Assembly (NCBI GenBank): GCA_012514035.1
Contig: JAAZBB010000075.1
Coordinates: 876 to 64,875, forward strand
DNA: 64,000 nt
Direction: 5' to 3'
Source of the DNA: Lentisphaerota bacterium
GTDB taxonomy: Bacteria; Verrucomicrobiota; Kiritimatiellia; CAIQIC01; Lenti-01
Part shown: positions 23,299 to 32,366 of the stretch, piece after piece
How the letters are laid out: the number at the start of each line of letters is the position of its first letter
Position numbering within the stretch: the stretch's first letter is position 1
The notes under the pieces: model-generated
The model's database searches: none
Told to the model about the DNA's origin: nothing
Seen by the model: the letters and a program-made list of their open reading frames with translations, nothing else
Program-made: the position numbers and the translations under genes

Positions 23299-24774
23299 AT
23301 GGAATTGAGCGCGCATGAAATCGAGTTCCGCCGGCAGCGGCTGGCGCATCTGGAGACCCTGAAGGCGGCGGGACACCGCCCATACGGACGGGCATTTGCC
23401 CGGACGGGCCCGCTGGCCGACGTGCGCGCCGGATTTGCCGAAGGCCAGGCGGTCCGCATCGCGGGGCGCGTGGCGGCCGTGCGCGAAATGGGCAAGAGCA
23501 TTTTCGCCCATGTGCAGGACGGGACCGGCAAGTTCCAGATCTATGTCCAGAAGAATGCGCTGGGGGAAGCCTCGTTTGCGGCGTTCAAGGCGGTGGACCT
23601 CGGCGATTTCATCGGGGTGGAGGGCGAGTTGTTCACGACGCGTACGGGCGAGCCATCGGTCAAGGTGCAGCAGTGGGAGCTGCTGGCGAAGGCGCTGCAC
23701 CCGCTGCCGGAGAAGTGGCATGGCCTCCAGGATACAGAGGTCCGCTATCGCCAGCGCTACCTCGACCTGATCGCGAATCCGGACGTGCGCCAGGTGTTCA
23801 ATATCCGCAGCCGCCTCCTGTCGTTCATCCGCCGGTTCCTCGAAGAGCGGGGATTTTTCGAGGTGGAGACGCCCGTGCTGCAGGCGATGGCGGGCGGGGC
23901 GATCGCCACGCCCTTCCAGACCTTCTACAACGCCTTGGGCCAGCCCATGTACATGCGGATTGCACCGGAACTGTTCCTGAAGCGTCTGCTGGTGGGCGGC
24001 TATGACAAGGTGTTCGAACTGGGCAAGAACTTCCGCAACGAAGGCCTCGACCGATCGCACAACCCCGAATTCACCAGTCTGGAAATTTACGAGGCCTACG
24101 GCGACATGGGCACGATGATGCACCTGGTGGAGGATCTTGTCAGCGCCGCGGCCCAGGAGCTTTACGGCACGATGAGGGTGGGAAAGGCGGGCCAGGAGCC
24201 GATCGACCTGACCCCGCCGTGGCGCGTGGTCCCGTATCACGACGTGGTTTGCGAGCGGGCGGGAGCCGACTGGTTCCAACGGCCCGTCGCGGCTGCGCGC
24301 GAATGGGCCCGGGCGCAGGGCCTGGACATTCCAGACAACCTGAACCATGCGCAGGTCACGCACGAGGTGTATGACAAACTGGTGGAAAAGACGCTCTGGC
24401 AGCCGACGTTCGTGACGCGCTTGCCGGCCGAACTGGTTCCGCTGGCCAAGCGGTGCGAGGATGATCCGGCCCTGGTCGATGTGTTCGAGCTGGTGGTGCG
24501 CGGACGCGAACTGGCTCCGGGCTATACCGAACTCAATGACCCGCTGGATCAGCGCGCGCGCCTCGCGGAGCAGGCCGCCGGCGACGCCGCGAAGATCGAT
24601 GAAGACTTCCTGCGCGCCCTGGAACACGGCATGCCGCCGGCCGGCGGCATGGGCATCGGCATCGACCGATTGGTCATGGTGCTGACCGGAGAGGAAAGCA
24701 TCCGCGATGTCATGCTCTTCCCGCAGATGAAGAACCGCGAACCCAAGCCGGACGAAAAGCCGCCCGAAGAATGA
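23299..24774 (+). CDS. lysS: Lysine--tRNA ligase (class II)
   Basis: AAGAGGA Shine-Dalgarno sequence. OB-fold N-terminus. Class II motifs including FRNEG and GxGxGxDR (GMGIGIDRL). Confidence 0.9.
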   Translation: MELSAHEIEFRRQRLAHLETLKAAGHRPYGRAFARTGPLADVRAGFAEGQAVRIAGRVAAVREMGKSIFAHVQDGTGKFQIYVQKNALGEASFAAFKAVDLGDFIGVEGELFTTRTGEPSVKVQQWELLAKALHPLPEKWHGLQDTEVRYRQRYLDLIANPDVRQVFNIRSRLLSFIRRFLEERGFFEVETPVLQAMAGGAIATPFQTFYNALGQPMYMRIAPELFLKRLLVGGYDKVFELGKNFRNEGLDRSHNPEFTSLEIYEAYGDMGTMMHLVEDLVSAAAQELYGTMRVGKAGQEPIDLTPPWRVVPYHDVVCERAGADWFQRPVAAAREWARAQGLDIPDNLNHAQVTHEVYDKLVEKTLWQPTFVTRLPAELVPLAKRCEDDPALVDVFELVVRGRELAPGYTELNDPLDQRARLAEQAAGDAAKIDEDFLRALEHGMPPAGGMGIGIDRLVMVLTGEESIRDVMLFPQMKNREPKPDEKPPEE

Positions 24775-26000
24775 CGCTGCCGTTTTCATTGTTTCTGGCC
24801 CTGAAGTACCTCAAGCCGAAGCGCACGTTTCTGTCAGTGGTGACCGTCCTGTCGGTGCTGGGCGTGCTGCTGGGCGTGGCCGTGCTGATCATCGTGCTGT
24901 CGGTGATGACCGGCTTCGACGAGATGTGGCGGACGAAAATCCTCGACTTCAACGCGCATATCACCGTATCCGTGCCCGGCGGCCTGGCGGACGAGGAAGA
25001 AAGCCTGTGCGCCGCCATCGAGGAAGTGCCGGGCGTGACGGGCGCGGCGCCGTTCCTGCAAAGCCTGGTTTTCATCCAGAAACCCAATGGACAGGTCGAG
25101 ACGCCGATGATCCGCGGCATCGATCCGGACCGGGAAGGACGCGTCAGCCGCATTCCGGAGCGCCTGGTTGCCGGCGAATTTTCCGTGGCCGACGGCGCCG
25201 TGGTGATCGGCGGCGATCTGGCGGCCCGGCTCGGGGTCGGGGTCGGCGACACGCTTACCGTCTACTCGCCGGCAACATTCCTCGGCGAAGAGGAAATCCG
25301 CCTCCCCTCGGAGATGACGATTGCCGGCCTGTTTGAAATGGGGATGTGGGAATTCGACATGGGCTACATGCTGGCCTCCCTGTGGGAGACCCGGGATTTC
25401 TGCGGCGGGGCCGGACTGGAGGCCATCCAGGTGATGACCGCCGATCCCTATGCGGCGGAGACCGTCGCCGCCGCGCTCCGGGCGCGGCTGGGACCGGATG
25501 TGCGCATCAGCACCTGGATGGAACAGAACCAGCAGCTCTTCGCCGCGCTGCGGGTGGAGAAGAACATGATGTTCTTCTTGCTGATCTTCATCACGATTGT
25601 GGCGGCCTTCGGGATCACCAACACCCTGATCACGGTGACGGTGCAAAAGACGCGGGAGATCGGGCTGCTGCGGTCGCTGGGGTTCTCGGCCGGCGGCATC
25701 ATGCGGGTGTTTTTCTGGCAGGGCTGGATTGAAGGCGTGCTGGGCACGTCGCTGGGCGTCGTCACCGGTCTGGTCGTGCTGAAATACCGCAACCATCTGC
25801 TGCGCCTGCTCAACGACCGCTTCGGCATGCAACTGCTGCCGGAGGAGCTCTATCATCTGGCGGAATTGCCGGCCCATACTCTGCCAGGCGACGTGGCGCT
25901 GGTGGCGGTTTCCGTGCTGGTGATCTGCACCCTGGCGGCGGTGATTCCGGCGTGGCAGGCGGCCAAGCTCGATCCGGTGGGGGCCCTCCGCTATGAGTAG
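24771..26000 (+). CDS. lolC: Lipoprotein-releasing system permease (LolC/LolE/LolF family, FtsX-like)
   Basis: ATGA overlap with the lysS stop. MacB/FtsX topology (TM1, large periplasmic loop, three C-terminal TMs). Followed by lolD. Confidence 0.75.
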   Translation: MTLPFSLFLALKYLKPKRTFLSVVTVLSVLGVLLGVAVLIIVLSVMTGFDEMWRTKILDFNAHITVSVPGGLADEEESLCAAIEEVPGVTGAAPFLQSLVFIQKPNGQVETPMIRGIDPDREGRVSRIPERLVAGEFSVADGAVVIGGDLAARLGVGVGDTLTVYSPATFLGEEEIRLPSEMTIAGLFEMGMWEFDMGYMLASLWETRDFCGGAGLEAIQVMTADPYAAETVAAALRARLGPDVRISTWMEQNQQLFAALRVEKNMMFFLLIFITIVAAFGITNTLITVTVQKTREIGLLRSLGFSAGGIMRVFFWQGWIEGVLGTSLGVVTGLVVLKYRNHLLRLLNDRFGMQLLPEELYHLAELPAHTLPGDVALVAVSVLVICTLAAVIPAWQAAKLDPVGALRYE

Positions 26001-26676
26001 CCTGATCGAAGCCGTAGACGTCCGCCGTGCCTTCCGGATGGGGCCGCGCACCCTGGAGGTGCTGCGCGGCGTTTCCCTGGCGATTGCCGAAGGAGAGTCG
26101 CTGGCCATCACCGGCATGAGCGGCGCGGGGAAAAGCACCCTGCTGCATGCCCTGGGAGGGCTGGACCGGCCGACCTCCGGCCAGGTGCTGTATCGCGGGC
26201 GCGATTTTTATGCCGCCGGCGACCGGGAACGATCCGCCATTCGCGCCCGCAAGATCGGATTTGTGTTTCAGGCCTACCATCTGCTGCCGGAACTGACGGT
26301 GGCCGAGAATGTTTTGCTGCCCGGCCTGAGTGCCCATGGCGCCTTCCTGCGGGGGCGCGTCCTGCGCGCCCGCGTGGGGGAACTCCTGGCGCGCGTGGGG
26401 CTGGCCGCCCGGGCCGGACACCGCCCCAATGAACTTTCCGGAGGCGAACAGCAGCGCGTGGCCCTGGCGCGCGCGTTGATGAACGAACCGGAATTGCTCC
26501 TGGCCGACGAACCAACGGGCAACCTGGACTCGCAGACCGGCGAGGAGGTTTTGGATTATCTCTTCGGGCTCGCCGGCGAACGCCGTCTCACCCTGGTGCT
26601 GGTGACCCACAACGACGCCGTTGCCGCGCGTTGCCACCGCCACGTCGTGTTGCGCGACGGCTTGCCCGTCGCCTGA
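25993..26676 (+). CDS. lolD: Lipoprotein-releasing system ATP-binding protein
   Basis: Walker [10 protein letters not shown], signature [15 protein letters not shown], Walker [13 protein letters not shown]. Overlaps the lolC stop by 8 nt. Confidence 0.85.
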   Translation: MSSLIEAVDVRRAFRMGPRTLEVLRGVSLAIAEGESLAITGMSGAGKSTLLHALGGLDRPTSGQVLYRGRDFYAAGDRERSAIRARKIGFVFQAYHLLPELTVAENVLLPGLSAHGAFLRGRVLRARVGELLARVGLAARAGHRPNELSGGEQQRVALARALMNEPELLLADEPTGNLDSQTGEEVLDYLFGLAGERRLTLVLVTHNDAVAARCHRHVVLRDGLPVA

Positions 26677-26740
26677 GCTTGAATCGATCCGCGGGCTCGC
26701 GGGGCAGGAAGGCGTTTGTCCACGGTGTGGAACACCGGGT

Positions 26741-27712
26741 TCAGGGGCGCGGTGCGCGGCGATCCCGGATGACAATGCCCCGGGCTTCGATTTCCGCGCG
26801 GCGGGCCAGGACTCCGGCGGCCGCGGCCTGGTCGAGGATGCACAGCATGCGTCCGCCCCGTTGGGCGTAGAGTTGGCCATAGGAAATGGGCACCGCGGCG
26901 GTCGGATTTTCGGCGAGCGCCGCGGCGACCGGTTCGGCCTTGCGCGGCCCGGAGGCCAGGAGCACCACGCACCGGGCCTGGTAGATCAGTTCGGCCCCCA
27001 TGGAAATGGCATAGCGGGGGCTGTCCTCCCGGCGGGCGAAGTGGCCGTCGGTGACGGCGTTTTCCACCGTGTTCTCGTCGAGCTGGACCAGCAGCATGCG
27101 GTTTCCGGAAAACGGAATGCCGGTTTCGTGGAAGGCGACGTGGCCGCGGCCGCCCACCCCGATGACGTGCAGGTCGATCCCGCCGACTTGCTGGATCTTC
27201 TGCTCGTAGGCATCGAGGATGTCGCGCCGTATCCAGCGGAGGTAGTCGGATCGGGCATCGGGGCGGATGACGATGGCCTGTCCCTTGTCCGTTCCCTGGG
27301 CCTGCCAGTCTTCAGGATGCGCCTGCAATTCGGCCTGGAGCTGGTGTGGATCGATCAGGCAGCCCCAGGGTACGTTGGTTTCGCGGAACTTCGTCCGCAG
27401 CAGGCCGAACAGTTCCTGGATCATGAAGTAGCTGTAGCTTTCGGGATGTAGCGCGCGGGCCTGGGGATTTTCGCCCGGCAGGCCGACGTATTCGTCGAGG
27501 TTGAAGCTGCGGATCTGTGCGGGGTCAAACCGGCCCTGATTGGCGGCCTTGGCCAGGAGCTTGTAGGTCCCGGTGGGGGAGCTGCCCGTGGCCAGGCCCA
27601 GGACATACGAGCCGCGGTCCGCCAGGGTCCGGGCGATGTGGCCCCGGATGAAGGTGGCGGCCACCCGGCTCATGTGCTGGAAATCGCGCGTGATGATCAC
27701 TTGGTGGGACAT
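26741..27712 (-). CDS. Glucosamine-6-phosphate deaminase/isomerase family protein (NagB-like, long form)
   Basis: GLATGSSPTGTYKLL and DLHVIGVGGRGHVAFHE motifs of the NagB/6-phosphogluconolactonase fold. GGGAGG Shine-Dalgarno sequence. Confidence 0.6.
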   Translation of the reverse strand: MSHQVIITRDFQHMSRVAATFIRGHIARTLADRGSYVLGLATGSSPTGTYKLLAKAANQGRFDPAQIRSFNLDEYVGLPGENPQARALHPESYSYFMIQELFGLLRTKFRETNVPWGCLIDPHQLQAELQAHPEDWQAQGTDKGQAIVIRPDARSDYLRWIRRDILDAYEQKIQQVGGIDLHVIGVGGRGHVAFHETGIPFSGNRMLLVQLDENTVENAVTDGHFARREDSPRYAISMGAELIYQARCVVLLASGPRKAEPVAAALAENPTAAVPISYGQLYAQRGGRMLCILDQAAAAGVLARRAEIEARGIVIRDRRAPRP

Positions 27713-27837
27713 GGGCGGCCTCCCGGTCGGGTACTGGATGATTGGGCGGGAGCATGTCGCGGGCCGGCCCGGAAATCAATGCGTTTTTATCGAGACGGTC
27801 AGGCTGGCCGCGAAAAACCGGAGCAGCCGGTGGCGGG

Positions 27838-28737
27838 TCAATAAATTTCGTCGCTTTCTTCCCGGGTGTAGAACAGATCCAGGGGGCGGGAGTCGGCGGG
27901 GGGCGCCGGAGCGAGCAGGAGCTGCTCGGCGGCGGCGCGCTCGGCGCGGGCCGCCTCCTCCAGGGCGGCGATTTTATCGCGCACGCCGGAGGCATTGACG
28001 AGAGCCATGATTTCCTCGAAGAAAAAGGGGGAGCCGTAGAGGAGCTGGCATTCGCAAAGGATCTTGCAGGCGACCATGTGTTCGAAGCGGTCAAAGGCGA
28101 GCTGCTGGCGGACTTTGGAGAGGGGCTTCAGGATATAATCGATTTCCTCGCGGTGATCGGGGTGGGTCAACAGGTAGTGTTTCTGGCGGTAGATGGCATC
28201 ATCCAGCGCCTTCAGGTTGTCTGCGGGCAGCGCGTCAGAAACCACGATGATGATGTCCAGGTCCGAGCCGCGGACCATCTGGCCGGAGCTTTTTTCGGGG
28301 CGGGGCACGCGATGGGCCATTTGATAGGTGATGTCGCCGGCGATCATGAAAGTCGCCTCGCGCAGCAGACGGGCTTCGTCCGGCAGAGCTGCCAGCGCCA
28401 TGCACACGCTCTCGCGGGCCAGATCCAGTTTGGCGCGTGAAATCGATGCGATGGCGCTTTTGAGTTCGGCCGCGCGGGTCTCGAGGGCGACCAGGTGGCG
28501 GTCGAGTCCCACCAGGGTATAGGTGAGAAATTCGCGGCGGATGGATGGCGACAGGCGCGCATAGCCGGGCACGGAGGCATCCAGGCGCAGATAGCGGCGG
28601 CTGATGCATTGCCGACGCAGGCCCGGAGCGTGGCAGGCGCGCCACAGATCCAGCATGTCCGGGAAACATCCGGCGGCAGCGAGTTCGGCCCCGGTGAGGG
28701 GGCCACGCTGGGCCAGAATTTCGGCAACAGCCGGCAT
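27838..28737 (-). CDS. Hypothetical protein with a Pol-beta-type nucleotidyltransferase motif
   Basis: RGSDLDIIIVVSD matches the NTase hG[GS]...DhDh core. No further family recognised. Start uncertain. Confidence 0.35.
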   Translation of the reverse strand: MPAVAEILAQRGPLTGAELAAAGCFPDMLDLWRACHAPGLRRQCISRRYLRLDASVPGYARLSPSIRREFLTYTLVGLDRHLVALETRAAELKSAIASISRAKLDLARESVCMALAALPDEARLLREATFMIAGDITYQMAHRVPRPEKSSGQMVRGSDLDIIIVVSDALPADNLKALDDAIYRQKHYLLTHPDHREEIDYILKPLSKVRQQLAFDRFEHMVACKILCECQLLYGSPFFFEEIMALVNASGVRDKIAALEEAARAERAAAEQLLLAPAPPADSRPLDLFYTREESDEIY

Positions 28738-28802
28738 GGTCGACAGGCAGTATGGAGCGGCTGCGGAAGAAAGAGGAGTCTAATGTGGTGCGGACATGTT
28801 GC

Positions 28803-29110
28803 GGGGGCGCATCCCCGTTTCATTGACCGGAGGGAAGCGAACCGCCGTCTCCCCTGGTTGGCTATTTGGGAGTGCGGGGACAAGGTGCTTGGCGGCGTGG
28901 CGCTCGCCGAACCTCGCTTCCCGCCGCACTCCAAATGGTCCGGCTCGGTTTGGAGTGCGGGGACAACGACCAACGGGAGGCGGCCCCGCTTTGGCTGTTT
29001 GGGCTGTCGGCTTGGCTGCCACTTTCCAAAGCGGCGCGGTGGTCGCCGAGCCCGCTTTCCGCCGCACTCCACATTTGGCGGATCGGTGTCGATGAAACAG
29101 CGATGCCCCC
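28803..29110. repeat. MITE/REP-like element, complete copy (about 310 bp)
   Basis: Terminal repeats GGGGGCGCATCCCCGTTTCATTGACCGG / CGGTGTCGATGAAACAGCGATGCCCCC. Two M2 modules and one M3 module. The ORFs 28344..29180, 28796..29095 and 28866..29279 are repeat-driven. Confidence 0.7.
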
Positions 29111-29292
29111 TTGCCGCGGGGAGGCACATCTGCGATTGGGTGCACCACCCCGCAATCCCGGATGCCATGGACGTGAGCACGCCAAAGCATGGACGACCAA
29201 CGAATCCGGTTCGCAGTTCAGCTTTCAGGCAGAATGCTTGTGCCTGATCGCAGATACTTCCGCCGCACGGAGCCCTTAGCTTGGAATTATTC

Positions 29293-29387
29293 CATTATTA
29301 ATTAATAATGATATTTTATGAAATGAAGATATTTCCGATATTCACGATTATGAGTCCGATGAAAATCCCATGGTTAATTAATAATGA
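29293..29387. promoter_or_regulatory. AT-rich island containing the perfect 18-bp palindrome CATTATTAATTAATAATG and a second partial copy (GGTTAATTAATAATGAG) about 75 bp downstream
   Basis: Read directly from the sequence. About 80% AT. Lies between a MITE copy and the comEC upstream region. Confidence 0.45.
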
Positions 29388-29624
29388 GAAAATCGATGCG
29401 GGGGGGGCGTCCGGTCCTTTCCGACTGTCCCGGATCTTTCGGCTGCGGTCCCCGTCGGTGGTGGGAGGTGTTGGGCGCATCGGCGATGGGGTGCAATGTC
29501 GCACCGGGCGGAGCAACCGCCGTGTTGTCCGCCTTGGAATCGGCGATCAGGTTAGGAACCGGGCGAGCCCCTGTCATTCCAGATCAGTCCTCCTTGGGAA
29601 GCAAATTTCTGTCTGCGGGGGCCT

Positions 29625-29866
29625 GGGCGCATCCCTGTTTCATTGACAACGATCGACCCGATTGGGAGTGTGGCGGGAAGCGAGGCTCGGCGAGCGCCAC
29701 GCAGCTTTGGGGGTTGGTCACCGAACGGGCAGCCAAAACAGCCGGAACACCCAAAGCGGGGCAGCCTCCCGTTGGTCGTTGTCCCCGCACTCCAAAAAGG
29801 CCGGCCGACGGGAGCAGGATGTTTCATGTCCGGTCGATCAATGAAACGAGGATGCGCCCGGGGGGC
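29625..29866. repeat. MITE/REP-like element, inverted orientation, carrying an extra terminal module M4
   Basis: GGGCGCATCCCTGTTTCATTGACAACGATCG ... revcomp(M2) ... revcomp(M3) ... GGCCGGCCGACGGGAGCAGGATGTTTCATGTCCGGTCGATCAATGAAACGAGGATGCGCCC. Confidence 0.7.
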
Positions 29867-29965
29867 CTCACATCGCAGATATACCCTTGCCGTGGGGAGG
29901 CACCGGGGGTACAACAACACCTAGGATCGGCCGTGGAAGTCTGGATTGCGGAAGAACTGCGCGGG

Positions 29966-32365
29966 ATGTCACCTCGGGTGCGGCCGCCCCGGCGGCGGAT
30001 CATGGCGGGGCTGGCCCTGCCGGTGATCGCCGGGACGGCCACAGGCATTTGTGCGCCGGTTTCCTCCATGTGGTTCTGGGGTGCCGGGGCGTTGCTGTTG
30101 CTGCCGCTGTTTGTCTGGGTGCGCCACCGGTGGTCGGTTCTGCCGCTGATGCTGGGGGTGTTTTTGCTGGTGGCGGCCCATGCACGCCAGAGCACCAGTC
30201 CCCGCGCCGCGGATTCCCTGTCCAGACGGTTGCCCCGGCCGATGGAATATGTCCAGCTGGTGGCCTGGGCGCGAGAGGATGCGGCGCCCCGGGGTCCCGA
30301 TGCCGTGTTTCTTGCCCAGGTCGAGGGCCTGAACCGGGACGGCACTTGGCACCGGGTGCACGACCGGATCCGCGTTGTGCTGCGCGGGGCGGCCAACGCC
30401 GAACGCCTGCCCCGCTACGGGGAGCGGTGGCGGTTGCACGGGATCGTGCGTCCGGCGGTGCCGCGGCGCACAGGACTTTTCACGCTGCCGCAAAACCAGG
30501 CGGTGGTGGACAAAGACCGGGCGGTCTTCCTGGATGCGGAGCGGGGCCAGCCTCTGGTGGCCTGGTGCATGCGGCAACGCCGGATCTGCCGCGCGATCCT
30601 CGCCCGCGGCCTGGAGGATTTCCCGGAGGAGCGTGGAGTTTTGCATGCCCTGTTGCTGGGCTATCGCGAGGACCTGCCTCGCACCCTGCGCCAGGATTTC
30701 GCGGCGACGGGCACCGTGCATATTTTTGCAATTTCAGGAGCGCATGTCGGGATGGTCAGCATCCTGATCGTCGGGTTTTTGCGCGCGATTGGGATTCCCA
30801 TGACGCGCTGGTTCCTGTTTTTGGCGCCGCTGCTGGGAATCTATACGATCACCACCGGCGCGGCCACGAGCGCGATACGCGCATTCGTGATGGCCACGAT
30901 GATGCTGGCGGGGCCTTTCTTGAAGCGGCGTCCGGACCCGGTATCGGGCCTGGCGGTGGCCGCCATGGCGATTCTGCTGGCGGCGCCCGCGCAACTGGGC
31001 GACCTGGGCTTCCTGCTGTCGTTCACGGCGGTGGCGGGATTACTGGCGATCCAGCCGCTGTTTGATGTCTGGGCGGTGCGAGTATTCCGGCGCGATGCCT
31101 GGCAGTTGCCCGCCGAAGAGCGGCCCACGGGACGAACCGTTCGTGAAACCGGACTGTACTTGACGCGCTTGGCGTTGGTGACCGTATCGGCGTGGATCAG
31201 CACTTCGCCGCTAACGGCGTATTTTTTCAATCTGTTTTCGCCCGTGGCGCTGGGCATGAACTTGCTGGTGATTCCAACGGCCTTCTACATTTTGCTGTCC
31301 GGCGTGATCAGTCTGGTGTGCGCGTCCATTTCCGGCGGCCTCTCGGAGATCTTCAATCACGCCGGCCGGGCGCTGGCGTCCTTTCTGGCCTTTTGCATCC
31401 AATGGGCGGCGGACGTGCCCGGCGGGCATTGGTTTGTCCGCACCCCGCCGGCCGCGGGGATTATTGTCTTCTACGTCATTTTGGCCGCGGCCGCAGTGAT
31501 GGCGCGGAAGTTGCGCGGAGTGTTGGCGGGAGCGATCCTGTTGCTGGCAGCGCTGACGTTGGGCTGGGGGGTGTGGGATGGGCGGCGGTGCCGGGTATCC
31601 GTGCTGGACGTGGGCGAGGGCAACGCGACCCTGGTCCAGGCGCAGCGGCAACGGATCCTGATCGATACCGGTCCAAGGTACCGGGCGGAGGAACTCCTGC
31701 GGCAGTTGCGCAGCGCGGGCGTGAACAAACTGGATGTTGTGATGCTTTCGCACGCCGATGCCCGCCACATGGGGGCGGCCCAATGGCTGCTGGACCAAGT
31801 GCCGGTTGGAGAGCTGTGGATTCCGGCCGTGCTCTGGCCATCCCCGCTATTCCGCCAGACCCTGGAACGGGCCGCCGCCCGCGGCATTCCGGTTCGACGT
31901 TTGCGGACGGGCGAGGCCGGCGATTGGTCCGGCACCATGTACTGGGAGGTGTTCTGGCCACCGGAGACGCTGGCGCTGTCATGCGCGGATGACGGGGCCC
32001 TCGTGTTGCGGGTGGCGCGGTTTGGCGTGTCCATTCTGCTGGCGGGAGACGCCGGGGACACCCTGGAAGAGGCCATGATGGCGTCCGGTCGTTCCCTGGC
32101 CGCTTCGCTCCTCGTGGCGGGCCGGCATGGCGACGCCAGCGCAACCTCTGCCGCCTGGCTGGAGGCTGTACGGCCCCAGGACGTCATCATTAGTTCCGGA
32201 CCGCATGCGGACCAGCGGCATCCCGACGAAAAAGTGTTGTCGCGGCTCGTGGCGCAGGGCGTCCGCGTCTGGCGGACCGATCAGCAAGGAATCATTCACG
32301 TGGAGTTGGCCGCCGCGCCCGCGCGCTGGCCAGCCGCGGGTTATCGCCTCTGGACAGCCCGCTGA
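29966..32365 (+). CDS. comEC: DNA internalization competence protein ComEC/Rec2 (ComEC channel domain plus C-terminal metallo-beta-lactamase domain)
   Basis: Polytopic N-terminal region. Competence domain GTVHIFAISGAHVGMV. C-terminal MBL motifs VLDVGEGNATLV...HADARHMG. The annotated ORF start (29384) lies inside the AT island and MITE. An alternative start is at 30002. Confidence 0.7.
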   Translation: MSPRVRPPRRRIMAGLALPVIAGTATGICAPVSSMWFWGAGALLLLPLFVWVRHRWSVLPLMLGVFLLVAAHARQSTSPRAADSLSRRLPRPMEYVQLVAWAREDAAPRGPDAVFLAQVEGLNRDGTWHRVHDRIRVVLRGAANAERLPRYGERWRLHGIVRPAVPRRTGLFTLPQNQAVVDKDRAVFLDAERGQPLVAWCMRQRRICRAILARGLEDFPEERGVLHALLLGYREDLPRTLRQDFAATGTVHIFAISGAHVGMVSILIVGFLRAIGIPMTRWFLFLAPLLGIYTITTGAATSAIRAFVMATMMLAGPFLKRRPDPVSGLAVAAMAILLAAPAQLGDLGFLLSFTAVAGLLAIQPLFDVWAVRVFRRDAWQLPAEERPTGRTVRETGLYLTRLALVTVSAWISTSPLTAYFFNLFSPVALGMNLLVIPTAFYILLSGVISLVCASISGGLSEIFNHAGRALASFLAFCIQWAADVPGGHWFVRTPPAAGIIVFYVILAAAAVMARKLRGVLAGAILLLAALTLGWGVWDGRRCRVSVLDVGEGNATLVQAQRQRILIDTGPRYRAEELLRQLRSAGVNKLDVVMLSHADARHMGAAQWLLDQVPVGELWIPAVLWPSPLFRQTLERAAARGIPVRRLRTGEAGDWSGTMYWEVFWPPETLALSCADDGALVLRVARFGVSILLAGDAGDTLEEAMMASGRSLAASLLVAGRHGDASATSAAWLEAVRPQDVIISSGPHADQRHPDEKVLSRLVAQGVRVWRTDQQGIIHVELAAAPARWPAAGYRLWTAR

Positions 32366-32366
32366 T

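Noticed and set aside
26677-26740. Possible bidirectional terminator between the convergent lolD and nagB-like genes (CCGCGGGCTCGCGG)
   Set aside because: The stem is only 4-5 bp and there is no flanking T/A tract on either strand.
29308-29646. 112-aa ORF starting in the AT-rich island (MIFYEMKIFPIFTIMSPMKIPWLINNEK...)
   Set aside because: It begins in about 80% AT DNA and runs into GC-rich non-coding sequence and a MITE copy. The composition switches mid-ORF. No Shine-Dalgarno sequence and no recognisable motif are present.
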